From Kudoa neothunni (lineage: Eukaryota; Animalia; Cnidaria), in contig OZ199838.1 in NCBI GenBank assembly GCA_964304625.1, positions 3,560,440-3,624,439 of the forward strand: a stretch of 64,000 bases of DNA, given 5' to 3'. Below, piece after piece: positions 1 through 13,700 of this stretch (position 1 is its first letter; every line of letters starts with the position of its first letter). The translations under genes were made by a program, and so were the position numbers. Below the pieces are notes generated by a model, which made no database searches, was not told the DNA's origin, and saw only the letters and a list, made by a program, of their open reading frames with translations.

Positions 1-3000
1 TTAACCTCCAGTAACTTGGTGACATCCAGTTTAAAAATGGATTCCTCTGTGCACATCCCGATCGCATCGTTAACTGTGTCGATTGAGAATTTCTGTGGAA
101 GATTTTTGTATCTCAAATTTTCATACATTATATTGAGTACAATTGAGGAGAACAACTCCACAAACTCCTGCAAAAACACCCTTATGTACAAATCCAAATC
201 AAGATCTTTGATGTCGGTGTAGATTTGAGTGGTTAGCGTGGTTGGTTCGAATTGTAATATCTTTTTGAACGGCCGCTTAAAATGAAAAAATCCATGTGAA
301 GACTTCAATCTTATTTTATGGATTAGTTCGATGGACAACATCAAAGAAGAATATCCATTATCCGCCGAACGTATAAGATTATTTTTGTGATCATATAAAA
401 CATAAAACGTAGATTTTAATTGTTTGACAACCGCGGTGCAACCGTCGGCATTAAATCTTGAATCAGCGATCCCAACAAACACCTTCATAGTGTACACATT
501 CGTTGGAACCACCAATACCAAATTGTAGTTTTCAGTAGGATTCTGTTTTATGAAAATACTAAATTTTAATTCATCATTATTAATTATCTTTCTATCAATT
601 CCAACGTGATCAGGTGAAAGCATTTCGAGTATGAAAAATGCATTTGTTTCCTCGAATAAAAATACGGCATCCATTTGTGACTTTAATCGGCTATTCAATT
701 CCACTAACATCAAATCCATTATTTGGACGCATGATTCATTGGAAAACTCTTCACTTCCATTAAACAGCGGCAATGATAATTTTATTCTCTCAAAACAGTT
801 AATGTAGGAACCCACATCAAGCTGCGGTTTAACACAAATTTTGTGTGAACTGCAACTCGCTACACAATATTCTAATTGTTTCGCTATGTCTAAACAGTTT
901 TTTTGCTGTTTATCCGATGGAAAAGGATCACGGTTCGTGTAGATCCTTTTACACTCCGGGCAAGGAACAATATTTGTCGGAATTGGAAAAAGAAACGGAC
1001 TATCTTGATTCTTTTGGTTGTTGGTATAGCTATTTAGTTTGTGAGTTTGTATTTTTTGATAAATTATAGCTTTTTCAACTGAATAAATCACCTCACTTAA
1101 TATAAAATCAACTATTTGATTGATGTTCACGAAAAAATCGTAACCCTCAAACAGTCTCACGAATCCAACCAATCTACTTATCTGCACATCGATCTCCAGA
1201 AGTTTAAAGGGATAACTGTTCTGGGTGTGTTGATGTATCGCATTAGAGGATTGATCAAACATTTGAGTTTTTTGGTCCAGTTTTATGCTTTTAGGAGATC
1301 CCACGTGCACTAGAACATTAAGAGAACCGATTTCTGATGAATTAGCGCTCTGACTTTTGTACACTCCGTATCTTCTAAGGAACACCGCGCATGAATTGCA
1401 ACTGTGTACCACTTTTAGGTTGTGGCCAATCAACCTCCTAAAATTAAATCAATTAAAAATATAACAGAAAAAAATTATTGACATTCCACCAAATTTACCA
1501 ATTTCATGAGAATAAAAGGAAATAATAATAAAAACAGCCAAATCTCAACGAATTTATATATTTTACCCAGAGCAGCTATATTCTAAATTGATAAATAGTT
1601 TAAAAAATAAACGCTCCCAGAAATTAGTTTAAATCCAACAATATCTTTTCTCAAACGAATCAGACCAGCGAACCCATTATTTCGCATCGATAACGATGTT
1701 GATGGTGATACTGATGCTGATACTGATAACAGGTTATGTGTACGAAGAGACTTAGGGTTTTAAATCCGCCCCCCCCACTATTTATGAGGAAAAATCCGCA
1801 CCCTTTCCCAAAAAAGGATTTAAAAATGGTTGTATATTTAAACGGGTTAGTATGTTTACTAAAATTCTATTAAAAATAAAAAAGTCATAAAATTTATCAA
1901 GAAAACAAATGGAGGTAAAATAAATATAACTGATATTAAATTGAATGTTTAGACTTTTTTCTTATGTTTCTGAACAATAATTATGTCAAAAAGAGGCACT
2001 TTATCGGCAAAAAAATATACATATATCATGAATCAACTAGATATATTAATATTTTAATGAAAAATATCTACAGTAATGTTGGCGCACGCGCTAATCTGGG
2101 ATTTTGTAGTTTTTTGTTTTAATTATAAATTTAAAAATTGGATGAAGAAAATAAATACAAGAATCTATCTATAAAGTAATGTTTTAGATTATAAAAATTT
2201 GGAGTGCTTATTGATTCTGATCCGAAGTATAAAACTCTAAAATATTTCAATAATACAAATAAAAATCTAAACTTTGTAGCTAATTAGGGTTTAATGTCTG
2301 CTTACCTTAAAATTTACTTAAAAAATATAAAACACAACTTTTAAGAATTCAACCAGGTTTAAAACGTTCATTATTTGTTTATCTTATTTATTAAAAAGTA
2401 AATTTTATTTCATAAATTTTTGCATTGAATTGTAAATGATTTTAATTCTTTTATTTACGAATGAAAAAAAAACTATCATTGTTACTTCACATGATAATAA
2501 ATGGAAAACAGTGGATTTAAAGAAATTAATCAAATGACCATTAGTTTATCAGACTTATTCCATCTTCGATGGAGCACGAATCGAAGATGATATATTTCCG
2601 AGAGAGATATGCTGATTACTTAGAATCGTTACATTACGTACGAAATATGCTCAGCGTAAAATTTTGTTGTTGACTCAAGATGTGAGTTTCGGGTCCCTGC
2701 TCGGGAAGCCTGGTTTAAATTATCATAAAAACCTAATATAAATTATTTCAACATTTTAGAAACTTAATGTAGAAAAAAGGAATTTAAAATTTATCATATG
2801 AAAACTGAGAGGGGTGAATATATTTTTTTGAGTATTGTAATGAATATTCAATATTTGTTCAGTCGGAATTGGATACTACATTTTCTGAGACCAGCGAAAA
2901 CCCATGTAATATCAAGACCGTTGTTTGTACACGACTAAAAAAGCTATGACTTTTTAAATTAAACATTAAATGATTATTCATACAAACTGACTTCTATTAG

Positions 3001-6000
3001 ATAAAATGCTTTTAAATCACTCAGTTAAGAAAAAAAATTTGAGTTTGAGATTGAATAATATAAAATGGAATCATTTTATTAACTGTAACAGATATTGGAA
3101 ACTTAGTTAATTTCGGCTGATTCCATAAATTGACGATAATTTTGTGATTTTCTTTTTTGACAAATTAATAATAATATCCAATGAATGTTATCATATGATT
3201 TAGATCCATAACCCTTTCATGCCAAATGTCCACCCTAGTACCCACATTAAAAACAGCTGAAATTATACGTCTAATTAATTTTTATCACAATAAAATAATA
3301 AAATTTAAAATATTGAGTTCCTGTAATATATATAAAAAAATCATGAAATGAAATAAAATATTTGGGTAGGAAAGGGTTAAAACTGAGGCGAGCAAAATGT
3401 TATTTGATGATTGAATTAATGAAAAATAGCAGAGGCTATCGGCATAGTAATTTTGATCCCAGCAACTCTAACTCAACAGCTGTTTGAAGATTAGTTTTTT
3501 AGAATCTGCTATATTAAATTTTTTTCTACTAGGAGCGAAATAACAGCTTAGAAATAACTAGATCTAGTTAGAACTAATGACACCCAAATATTACGTCCCA
3601 TTCCAATAGCAACTACTTATTTTTAAATATTAAGCCTAATTTTCTATTTTTGGTTTAATTTAATTCCAATTATTGTTAAGCTCTGATGCGGATAAATAAC
3701 CAAATTACCGTTTATTCTAAATAATACAATAGTGCCGTGGTTAATAAAGCAACCCAAAAGTTGGTTAAGCTTTTGGTTGAATAATGGCTGGTACCTCATT
3801 ATTGGACGTTCGGTATTAGAAAGTTCCAAAAATATCTTAGAACTTAAAAATTTTGTAAATGTGCGCGAAATACACTTACGTAATGATGTTGACCACTAGT
3901 TCGAAGACAAACGTAATATCTTCATCAATGATGATTTTAAATTGAAAGTTATTGAGCCAAGTGTTGTCAAGAACGTTGTTATCAGGCAAACTTTGAAGTA
4001 GGGCTTCAGTCAAATTTGGTTTTTCGTTATTAGAGAGGCTCTCACTGGCTCCAATTAAGCCTGAAATCAACACACTTTTACAAATGCGATTAGAATGATT
4101 TTTTAAACTACACCCCAAAATAAGTAAAACAGTTAGCTGATAAATAAATACCACAAGTTTATCTGAGTATACAAACGATAATCTTGAATAAACGATATAT
4201 GATCATAATAATTTATCGTTACGTTTGGTAGTAGGTTTGAAATTTTTTTAATAAGATCAGAAAAAATCTGACAAAACAGATTTAATTTTATAAAATATTT
4301 TTCTAGAAATTTACTCGATGGCACTCAACGTGTGGAAATCCCATTAGGAAATAAGTTTTCAATGTAAGAGTGAAGTTTTGGTTTAAAACTTTTACAATGT
4401 AAAATGATTTCGGAGCTTCGTTTTTCACCCTAAATGAAATAACAATAGCAAATATCTAATTTTAATAAAAATTACTCTGAAGGTATCAGGAAAATAAAAA
4501 TGTGATCTTCCAGCAGCACAAATGATGAGTGATTGTGCAGAAATTTTGTTAAAGCATCAGAAAAATACTTCACAGGAAAAATATTGAAAAAAATCCTCAA
4601 CGAATTTTTGTCATATTTCAAACAATTGGATGAACCACTACAACTGGATATAAACTGCCTGCGTAAAAAGTTACCTTACCTATAGTCAAGTATCAACAGC
4701 GTATCGAAACGAAGGAACAACCGACGCCACATCACTTCTTCCATGTACATAATTGGATTCCAGAATTTTATAAATGGTTCATATTCTGGTCTATTTAATT
4801 ATAATAATGGACAATTAGATATAAAATTAAACTAGGTAATCTATTAATGAGTCAAACTATAACTTAACGAAAACATCATTAAGTATGAACATAATAATCA
4901 TACATAAAATCCACCACCTTCAGTTTCTAGGAAATCGAAAATGAATTTGAAATAATAAAGCGGTTCAAGAAAATCTAATTAAGTACTGGTCTATTGGAGT
5001 TGTTAAGTGAAAATAGAATCTTATTTTTGCTGAGGTGATAACCAGTTTCATATCGTTCTGACTTGGTGTTGAATGAGCAAAGTTTTGAAAACACACTATC
5101 AATATATCTAGTTCTTTTATGGTAAAATTGGATAAAATGTGCAGTGGAATAATTTTTTTACCTTCTCACAAGATTTTCGGAAATTGGTCCATGTAATCTA
5201 TTAAAAACAACAAATGAGCAGTCTGGTACATTAAATCAATAAATATACAAACTCGTTTGAGTGCAGTCATTGTTATGAGTAATTGATAGATTTCCAAAAC
5301 GATACTTGGAATGAACAATCAACTCTACTATAGGCTTAAAGCTACATTCATAAATTTATAACGCATCTCCCATAACAACTACTTAAGAAAATCGTTCACG
5401 TTTTTCCACTAACAATCCAGTTTGAACAACTACACTAATATAACTATAAACTACTGTTCCACATATGTATTCAATGTAAGTGTTCTCATCGATTGGATAG
5501 AAAAAATGAATACTGATTTGATTGCTACCTTCAAAAATTTGATAGGTGATTAATTTTCATAAACAGTTGTTATTACTATGGGATTCCACTTTCAATAAAT
5601 TGTATTTTTCATATAACCGTAATGACAGCAAGCTTTTGGTATATACATCAAATTAAAACAATTAAAAATTTACTATACCATGAAAATTTCACAGAGAGAA
5701 TCAATCTGAAGCATGTGTTCACCGAAGAAAAATTCTTTGATAGCAGATGTTTGGCATGCCTTTTCGCCCGAAAACAACTCCAAAATAAAAATAGACTTTG
5801 CAGTGTTTTGATATGCTTCGAGGATGAATCGGTGGTTATTATCCGGGCAGACACATCTAATTAATAATTGAGACAAGGAGAATAATAACGCAAATCAACT
5901 TGGCGTATCTGCATGCAAACAATCCTGTATAAATTAGGGGATTATGAACGTTAAAAAAACTATTTCAGCTCACATTCAAAATATCGTTCGATTTAATGTA

Positions 6001-7370
6001 GCATCCCCCATTACAACATGCGGTTAACTTCATAAATGTATCATTTGGGCAACATCCAAACCTTAAACGTAAAGAATGTAATATAGTGACATTTATGTGA
6101 ATAGCTGGATATTAATAATTTATTTATCAGCTTCAAACAATACAATCTGGAGGTTCATTTTAATAATTAATCAAGTACGTCATATTTGTTTTCTGTTGTG
6201 GTCCTAATTGGATAAAATGCAACAGCACATTATGCTGGGACATGCATTCATTGAAACTTAATATATTTTCAGATTTCTCCAAAGATATCATTCCGGTTGT
6301 CATAACAACAATGACTGAAATATAATACAAATAAGAAAGTTTGCATCGCGTCAAAATACCAGGAATAGATTTAATTGGGAGTTGGTTGAGTAGATTAAAA
6401 CAACAATCAAACAAATAAGAAAGTTTAAGTTTGAATGTCTCATTTCTATCCTGAAAAATATTGGTTTTAATTATGATAGACTTTAAATGTATAAGTTTTA
6501 CTTTATTTCTCTGTCTGTGTATCTCTAGGGAAATCTCATCAAACTTTTTATTAATCATTTCTAGGATGAACGGTAATGATTGCACGTTTAGAGCAGTACA
6601 GTCGACAATACTCTATATTTTTTTAGTTAAATTATTTTAATCTAATAGGCGAATAAATTTACAAAATAATAATTTTCTTTGGAACGAAAATATCCAAAAA
6701 TTGCAATTAGAATAATGGGCCGTAAATGAATAAAACTATTTTCCACATTTATCTATTATAAACATTAGTTGGTTTAAAATGGCATGTAAAAATATTACAG
6801 GCGATACAAAATAGGAAAGTAGGTTTGTTAAACATTGTTTGGTCTCATCTAAGATGGACAGACATGTTTCTGGATTCTAGTTTCGTTTAAAAATTTGGAA
6901 TAAAATAGTCATATTATGGAATAGAGTACAAAGTTAATTAGAGAACGAGTGATGTCAATTCCGAACACTATGCGATAACTTCTGCCAATGCAAAATAATT
7001 CCGTTGTAGGTAATATTTTGGCGTAATCACATTTAATGGAAACTCCAGAACCAGTGGTCACATGTTTATGATCATTGTTTATTGTTTCCAGTGAATAGAT
7101 TGACAGCAAACGGGCTTCATCTTGATGTGTTTTCAACTAATCAAACACAAATAATACATGATAACAATATCTTGATTACATCCTTTTCCGATTTGATATC
7201 AGTTTGAACTACTTTATCTAGACGCTGTAACAACCATTGGACTCTATGTGCGTAGTTTATGAAGTACGTTTCACCCATAAGCAGGTAAACACTTTTGCAT
7301 TCTGGCACCTGTATTTATTTGTTTATTCCACTGAAACACATAAAATTACAACATATTTGTTCGACTCCAT
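1..7370 (-). CDS. SZT2: SZT2 (KICSTOR subunit) homologue, multi-exon, 3' end runs off the window
   Basis: Start MESNKY at 7370. Spliced exons give VYLLMGETYFINYAHRVQWLLQRLDKVV, ILPTTELFCIGRSYRIVFGIDITRS, VIVVMTTG...LHFIQLG, FGCCPNDTFMKLTACCNGGCY, LSLRLYEKY and VNDAIGMCTEESIFKLDVTKLL, matching recalled SZT2 motifs in order. The exon from about 1030 to 1 is open to the window edge. An intron of about 2 kb lies near 1440-3595. Not every internal exon was checked. Confidence 0.85.
3212..3376. mobile_element. Short piggyBac-type MITE in SZT2 intron
   Basis: Left end (ATAA)CCCTTTCATGCCAAAT pairs imperfectly with right end ATTTGGGTAGGAAAGGG(TTAA). CCC...GGG termini with a TTAA-like target. Confidence 0.55.
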
Positions 7371-8739
7371 GCTAAGGTGTAAATCAATTTTTGAACCATG
7401 CGCATATACACAAAATAAATGAAAAATTTTTATATTTTTTGATACTGAATAGCACTTAATTTAGTGAATAATTATGTAATATTTTTTTTAGTATTATTTT
7501 GAAATTTTTACACGATTACATTTTTGTTGAAAGTGTTAATCGTCTTTATGAATTAAACGATTATTAAAAATACCATGATCACATTACCAAACTTTTAAAA
7601 TGTTGTAATGTTTACTTAAAAAATTAAAAAGACATTTTCTTTTTAAATGTTAAAATATAGCAAAAATTAACATTAATTCCTCAGATTTGCCATAGACGCA
7701 AAGAGAAAATATTTGAAAATCATTCTAAAAAATAAATTAAGGCTTTTAAATAACCTATAAAAAGGATTAAATAATTTTTTTAGAGTATGATATTTTTCAG
7801 AATTGTGAGAAATGAAATTAAAATAACTTTAGGGAGATAATAGAAATAACAAAAACTAGATAGCTGAACGATGAATATTTATTTCTCTAATTAATACCCT
7901 CTTATCCCGTATAAACTATAATACACACTTAACGAGAAAAAAGTAAATCAAGTTAGTGTCAATCTTAATACTTTAAATAATTAAATGAAGTAATAGTAAA
8001 TTGTTTATATTGAATTTAATTGCTGAAAGTTTAATTTAGCTATCTACTTAAATGACATCAGAGGATATAGTGTCGGTACCTAAAGAAATTGATCTGTTTA
8101 ATGAAACACATAATAAAAAATCATTAATCATTATGCAAATGTAGGTCTTGTCGATCTATTTAAAACAATTAATGAAACCCTAAAAATGTGCTTCTCAAGT
8201 CAAATATATAAAAATTCCTTTCATATAGAGTGTATTTTAACACACCTTATAAAACATTTGTACTTTATAAATAAAGATAGGTGAAATTATTCAATTGACG
8301 GTTGATTTGAGCGTAAATGGGGAATGTTAACTTCAACTGAATATCATATTAAAATATGTGAAGATTTATCCCATTATTGAAAACGTGTAATCAGTTTAAC
8401 AAACTTAAGTCGGTCACAGAATCGTTTTCTAAATTCTTTGGAGCGTTTGATGTCGTAGTGACAGGTGAAATATCAAAATACTTAAAAATTTCATAAATGC
8501 CTGTGTATATAAAAGGTTTACTGCACGTGCGAACTTAATAGCACAGACGTTAACTTGCTTATATATGTATATATATATATAGCGGATCTCTATTATATAT
8601 ACAGAATATATAGTTAGAAAATATTTAGGGTATATTACTTTTGTGAAATATAATAATAATGTTTAAAAAAATTAGAATATTACAAGATGGACCGAGAATA
8701 ATACAAAAAATAATACACACACTAAAAAATAATATTTAA

Positions 8740-9744
8740 CCCTCTAAGGTACATAAAAACGATTTCACTCCAACGAACTTGAGATCTTTTGAATTACAGG
8801 TTTTAATTTTACGAAAGTTAATAAAAAAAATTTTTCAAAATGTCACACGAACTCTAAAAAATTCCTACCAACAGAATTTTGAGAAAAATGTGTTCATTGA
8901 GTCAGTTAATCATACAAAATCCTATTCGGTAGACTTATGTAACGTTTCGTATATCTTCGTGTAAATAAATAAACTAACTCTCATACTATAGAGAATGAAA
9001 TAAACTTTAATGAAACAAAAAATTTTTGAATATCGAAGTCAACAGATTTTTATTTTGAACATTGATTATACTTACTCGAATAATGAAATCGACCAAAATA
9101 TCCTCACAACTAATGCATTGAGTGTTTATTATTTATCATTATGACGAGTAAAAATTTTCAGAATACTTTCTTAAAATTTGATTCCATTATTTCAATTTCT
9201 TAGGAACAATATGAATCGGGTGTTTTAGTTACATTTTAATCCTTTGATTGTTACCATATCATGGTTAGTAGCAACGAAATAAATATTATACTATTTAATT
9301 TTAAACATCCAAAACTGATTAAAGGTCTAAGAGTTTGCGTTCTAAATATGCAATATCTATCACGCTTGATTTTATCGTTCAGCGAGCTTGTGCGAAGTGT
9401 TATATTAGCTTGCGAACTGACGTCGCGAGGATTAATTGGCTCAATGAATTATCTTTTTCTCAAAATTCAGCCAGTAAAAATTTCCTAAAATTTGTATGGC
9501 ATTTTGAAATATTTTTTTATTTATTATCGTAAAATAAAAACCTGTAATTCAAAAGACCCCAAGTTCGTTGGAGTATAATTTTTTATTTCAATGCGAAATT
9601 TTGTTAATTTTTTTGAAGTTTAATAAGTTGTAAGTATCGTAATATAATGAAAATAATACGAATATCAAGTGTTTCGAAAGAATAAGTAACATAATCAATT
9701 TAAAACTACTCTAGGGTCCAAAAGACCCCAAGTTCGTTAGAGGG
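8740..9744. mobile_element. Internally deleted piggyBac derivative
   Basis: TTAA at 8736-8739 and 9745-9748; TIR CCCTCTAA/TTAGAGGG; an inner inverted repeat of about 48 bp (about 8767-8814 vs 9527-9574); possible C-terminal Cys remnant QRACAKCY on + near 9410. Confidence 0.8.
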
Positions 9745-10736
9745 TTAAGCGAACTTGATCAATATTTTGTCTTTCCATTAAACAAAATAATTATATCCTT
9801 AATAAATTTTTTAAGATTTAATGTACGAAACATTTTATGTATAAAAGTAATCCCAAGCATGTTGCTTTATACAAAATTACAAATTATAAAGGATAAAACG
9901 TTGTATTAATTTATTTTATGACTGATAAAATATAAACTTTGTCTATTTATTTCTATAAAGATGATAATTCTCAATTTTATTCTTTACACAAGTTAAATAA
10001 TTTTATGATTTTATAATCAGTTTATAAACTCTTATTAGGAAAGAGGTGTTTCAAATAACGAAATTTGGACAATGTAACGAGATTATGAAAGTTAAAAATG
10101 ATATATATTTGTATAAAAATGACAAAATCAATTTAAAAAAAAATATATAAACTAAAACATTGAATTATTTATCGAGCAATAATATGAAATTATAATTTGA
10201 ACATCGCTATCAATAGAAAAGATAGGAAATTCTAACCACGTGACACAACAATTAATGACGGGTGGTGGTAATGTAAATGCAGATATATCGATAAACCCAG
10301 CAAAAAATGTATAAAATATTCAATTCTCATTTACAAGGGAGATTATATAAATGTATGAATGTCCCATAATAATAATAATAATAATCATTAATAATAATAG
10401 TAATAAATTAGTAGTTAAAGGTATATTTAATTTTTAATTATGAAATGAATGCTAGTAATTCACATAATTCAGCATGACTTACTGAAAAGTATAGTTAATT
10501 TATCATCAAAATTTAGATTCTCATTGGATTCTACTGGAAATGACGAAACAAAAATCTAATTTATAATAAAAATTTCACAACATGAATCTTATTGGGGAAA
10601 TTTTGTATTGAGATTCGAAAACAAAATTCTAAATAAAATTATTTCCGCTCTGCGTCAAGTAAAAATAAAACAGCATGAATAATCTACTAAACTAGATAAC
10701 AGAGACATTAGAATCTCAACTACACATTGAAAAAGT

Positions 10737-13700
10737 TTAATCGCTAAGGTCGAGATCAACAACTTCATCGTTGAGGTCCTCATTGTTGGTTTTGAGTGAT
10801 GTTGTTACGGTCTTGAGTTTGGTGGGGATTCGTTTCAAGGTATTTTTGAGTTTGTTTTTTGTGGTTTCCCTCTTCAACGCGTTGCTTTTAGGTTGATGTT
10901 TCGAATTGGGGGCAGAATTTTGGATAGCCTCGTCAAAGTTGTTCTCCTTTAGATGAACAAGATAGTTGGCAATGGAATTTTGATCCATAGGTAGTTTCAA
11001 GTTGGACACACCTTTATTGGTGTTATTTACAGCGTCATTAGGTTTGATGGGATCAAAAATTGAGGAACCCTCTCCCATTGTGAACCTTATGTCGGAAATT
11101 TTTCTCGCATTTTCCTCCATCTAAGACACGATGTTTATAAAACGTAATTTTAGATGAAATTCAACTTTTTGGACGATGCTTTTGAGTATATGTGACTGTC
11201 TTTTCACTTTGGTGTCCTTTATGATTTTTCTCAACCATTTGGTGGGAAGAAAAATCAAATCAGGAAATGCAACATTATTTGAAAATGCAATTAAAAACTG
11301 AAGGAAATGTTCAACAACTGTGTTGAATACTGAGGCCTAAAACAGCTCTAACTGTGTTTGAATAAACCAATCAAATGGAAACCTTATATTGATTAAGCAT
11401 CGCTTGATCTTTTGACACTTTGATCATACGACACAGTACAGGTTGTTTGGTGTTTGCAGACACAACATTGCTGCCAACAACCAAAAACTCTTTAAGCTCA
11501 AGTACCTATAGAGAACCATCGTAAACCACATTATTAATGACAAATATACATTCGTAAAATGTAAAGTGAGTGGAATGTAGACATTGGTTTCAGTGACCAG
11601 TTTTGTGAGACATTTGATAATGTGGAGTTTGAAAGGAATGAATTTTGGCGAGTTGGTGGCATTCAACGTGGCAAGCATAATTTGAGTGATAGGATGAACC
11701 AGATTGGAGTGGAGCAAGGAATCAGGATTAGTTTCGTTGCAAATGGCAAAAGTTATCAATTCGATGGAATGAACAAACTGCCAAGAATAAATGTTTCCGC
11801 TTGATTTCTACAAATCAAAATCAACCGAAGCTGTTAAATACTAAAGGCAAACTTTATCATTGGTAATTAACACATTCTGTAGATCTAAAATGATTTGTTT
11901 GCATCGTTTGAAAAGGATTTGATAGACATTGTGAGGAGTGACTGAAAGAAGCTCACAAATGGAAACTTTCAAGAACAGCCAAAGACTAGAGTAGACATCG
12001 TGATATTTCGAAAATCCGTTGTTTGACAGGTAAATCTTGTCTATTTGCTAAAAAACATATAAATAAATATTAAATTTTGTAAGACAAAATATCAACAACA
12101 AAAAAATGACTTATTCTCAATAGTAATAGTTGGCGAAAACAAAAATACCTGGCAAATAGAATCAGCTTTTTTAGTGTTGGACCATTTGCGAAGAAGGTTG
12201 AAACAACTGATTCGAACATCCTCATCGTGATATTCCAGCATTTTGACAAACAGCTAAACACTAACAATTAGCTCGAAAATTAAAATCGAAATTTTACCTT
12301 AATGTAGGAATGTAAAATTTTAGGGTATCGACTGAGCAATTTGTTGGCAGTGTTGATCGAAGAAACAACTTGAACAAGCGACTCAGAAGAATTATTTAAG
12401 CAATTCAACAACTAAATCAACTGTTCGAATCACATAAATAAAATGATAACATACAACAAATTGGTCAAGAAAATAAATTTTCATGGGAATTTTGAGTGAG
12501 GAGCATTTTTTTGACTTTTCCGAAAACAGATCACTCAAAATAGAGGACACGTTTTTGAGACAAAAATTAATAATTCGATTTATCAAGTTTTTATTGGTAT
12601 AAACTGCTTGAATTCGATATCTGTGATAGATTTGATGTTCCTTATGGTCCAAAAGTGATTTGATAAGTGGATTGGAAAGGTCCTCGCAAAATTGATCATA
12701 CACGATTGAGTGAAAACACTTTAACAGCATTTTTATGGATGTTATATTTTTCTACGAATAACAGAGAAAATAAACAAATCAGAAGATTATTTCATTACTT
12801 TATTTGAATCGTCAAACAATGTTTCAACCGTTTGATCAAATATTTCTACAGATTTTGACCGATCAGATTCTTGTTGCTTTTCCAAATCATCCTAAATATA
12901 AAAATGATTAATAATTATCATTTCAAGAATTGTCTAAACTAGATGAAAATCGATGCGGACGGGAATTCAAATTTACATTTCGAATTTAAAAAATTACCTA
13001 ATTTAACACTAGTAATGATACGACAACTTTCCCCGTAGAATAAATGTAGGGTCATTTTTGACCCAAGGATAAAAATAATAGTTTTACGAATAAAATATTT
13101 CGTAAAAAACGGCGAACATTAAAATCATCTAATTATATTTTTAAATGTAATTTTTACATAATGTCGATAAATGGAACACCTTTTCCTTTAATTTAAGTCT
13201 CGTTTTCGCGAACTTTATATTCTCTTATTGTTCAAGGGTGGATCATTATATATCTTCACGACCGGATTATTATGAAGAAAATAAATTTGATCGCATAGGT
13301 CCGAAAAAGAATTTAATATTAAAATAAATTGAACTGAACTTTAACTAAAATTTAATTAAAAATATAAATTTGATTCTTTGAGTACTACACAGGTATGATG
13401 CTAAATAAGACAGACAGCTTTGGGTCAGTATACATACAAATATACAAATAAATAAATACATTTCAATCAAATCTTTATTAATTACAATGCACTTGTTATC
13501 TATTTTTCGCTTTCCATAACCTGTCGTGGTTAAAATTAAACGTTTTGTGGATGAGTTACATGTTTAATCGATTTACCAATTATTTTTGTAAATATAATAG
13601 ATTGAGTTAAAAAATAATTCAAAGTTGTTTTTTCACAAACAAATTAATAAATTGAACGGCGCAATTTCATTTCTTAAGTTACGGCCAATCTGCTTATAAT

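Noticed and set aside
2561-2589. 10-bp hairpin CATCTTCGAT/ATCGAAGATG in SZT2 intron
   Set aside because: Isolated; no snoRNA boxes or Helitron CTRR end nearby.
8052-8144. Short ORF with PKEIDLF, reminiscent of Polinton capsid N-termini
   Set aside because: About 30 codons with no supporting downstream similarity.
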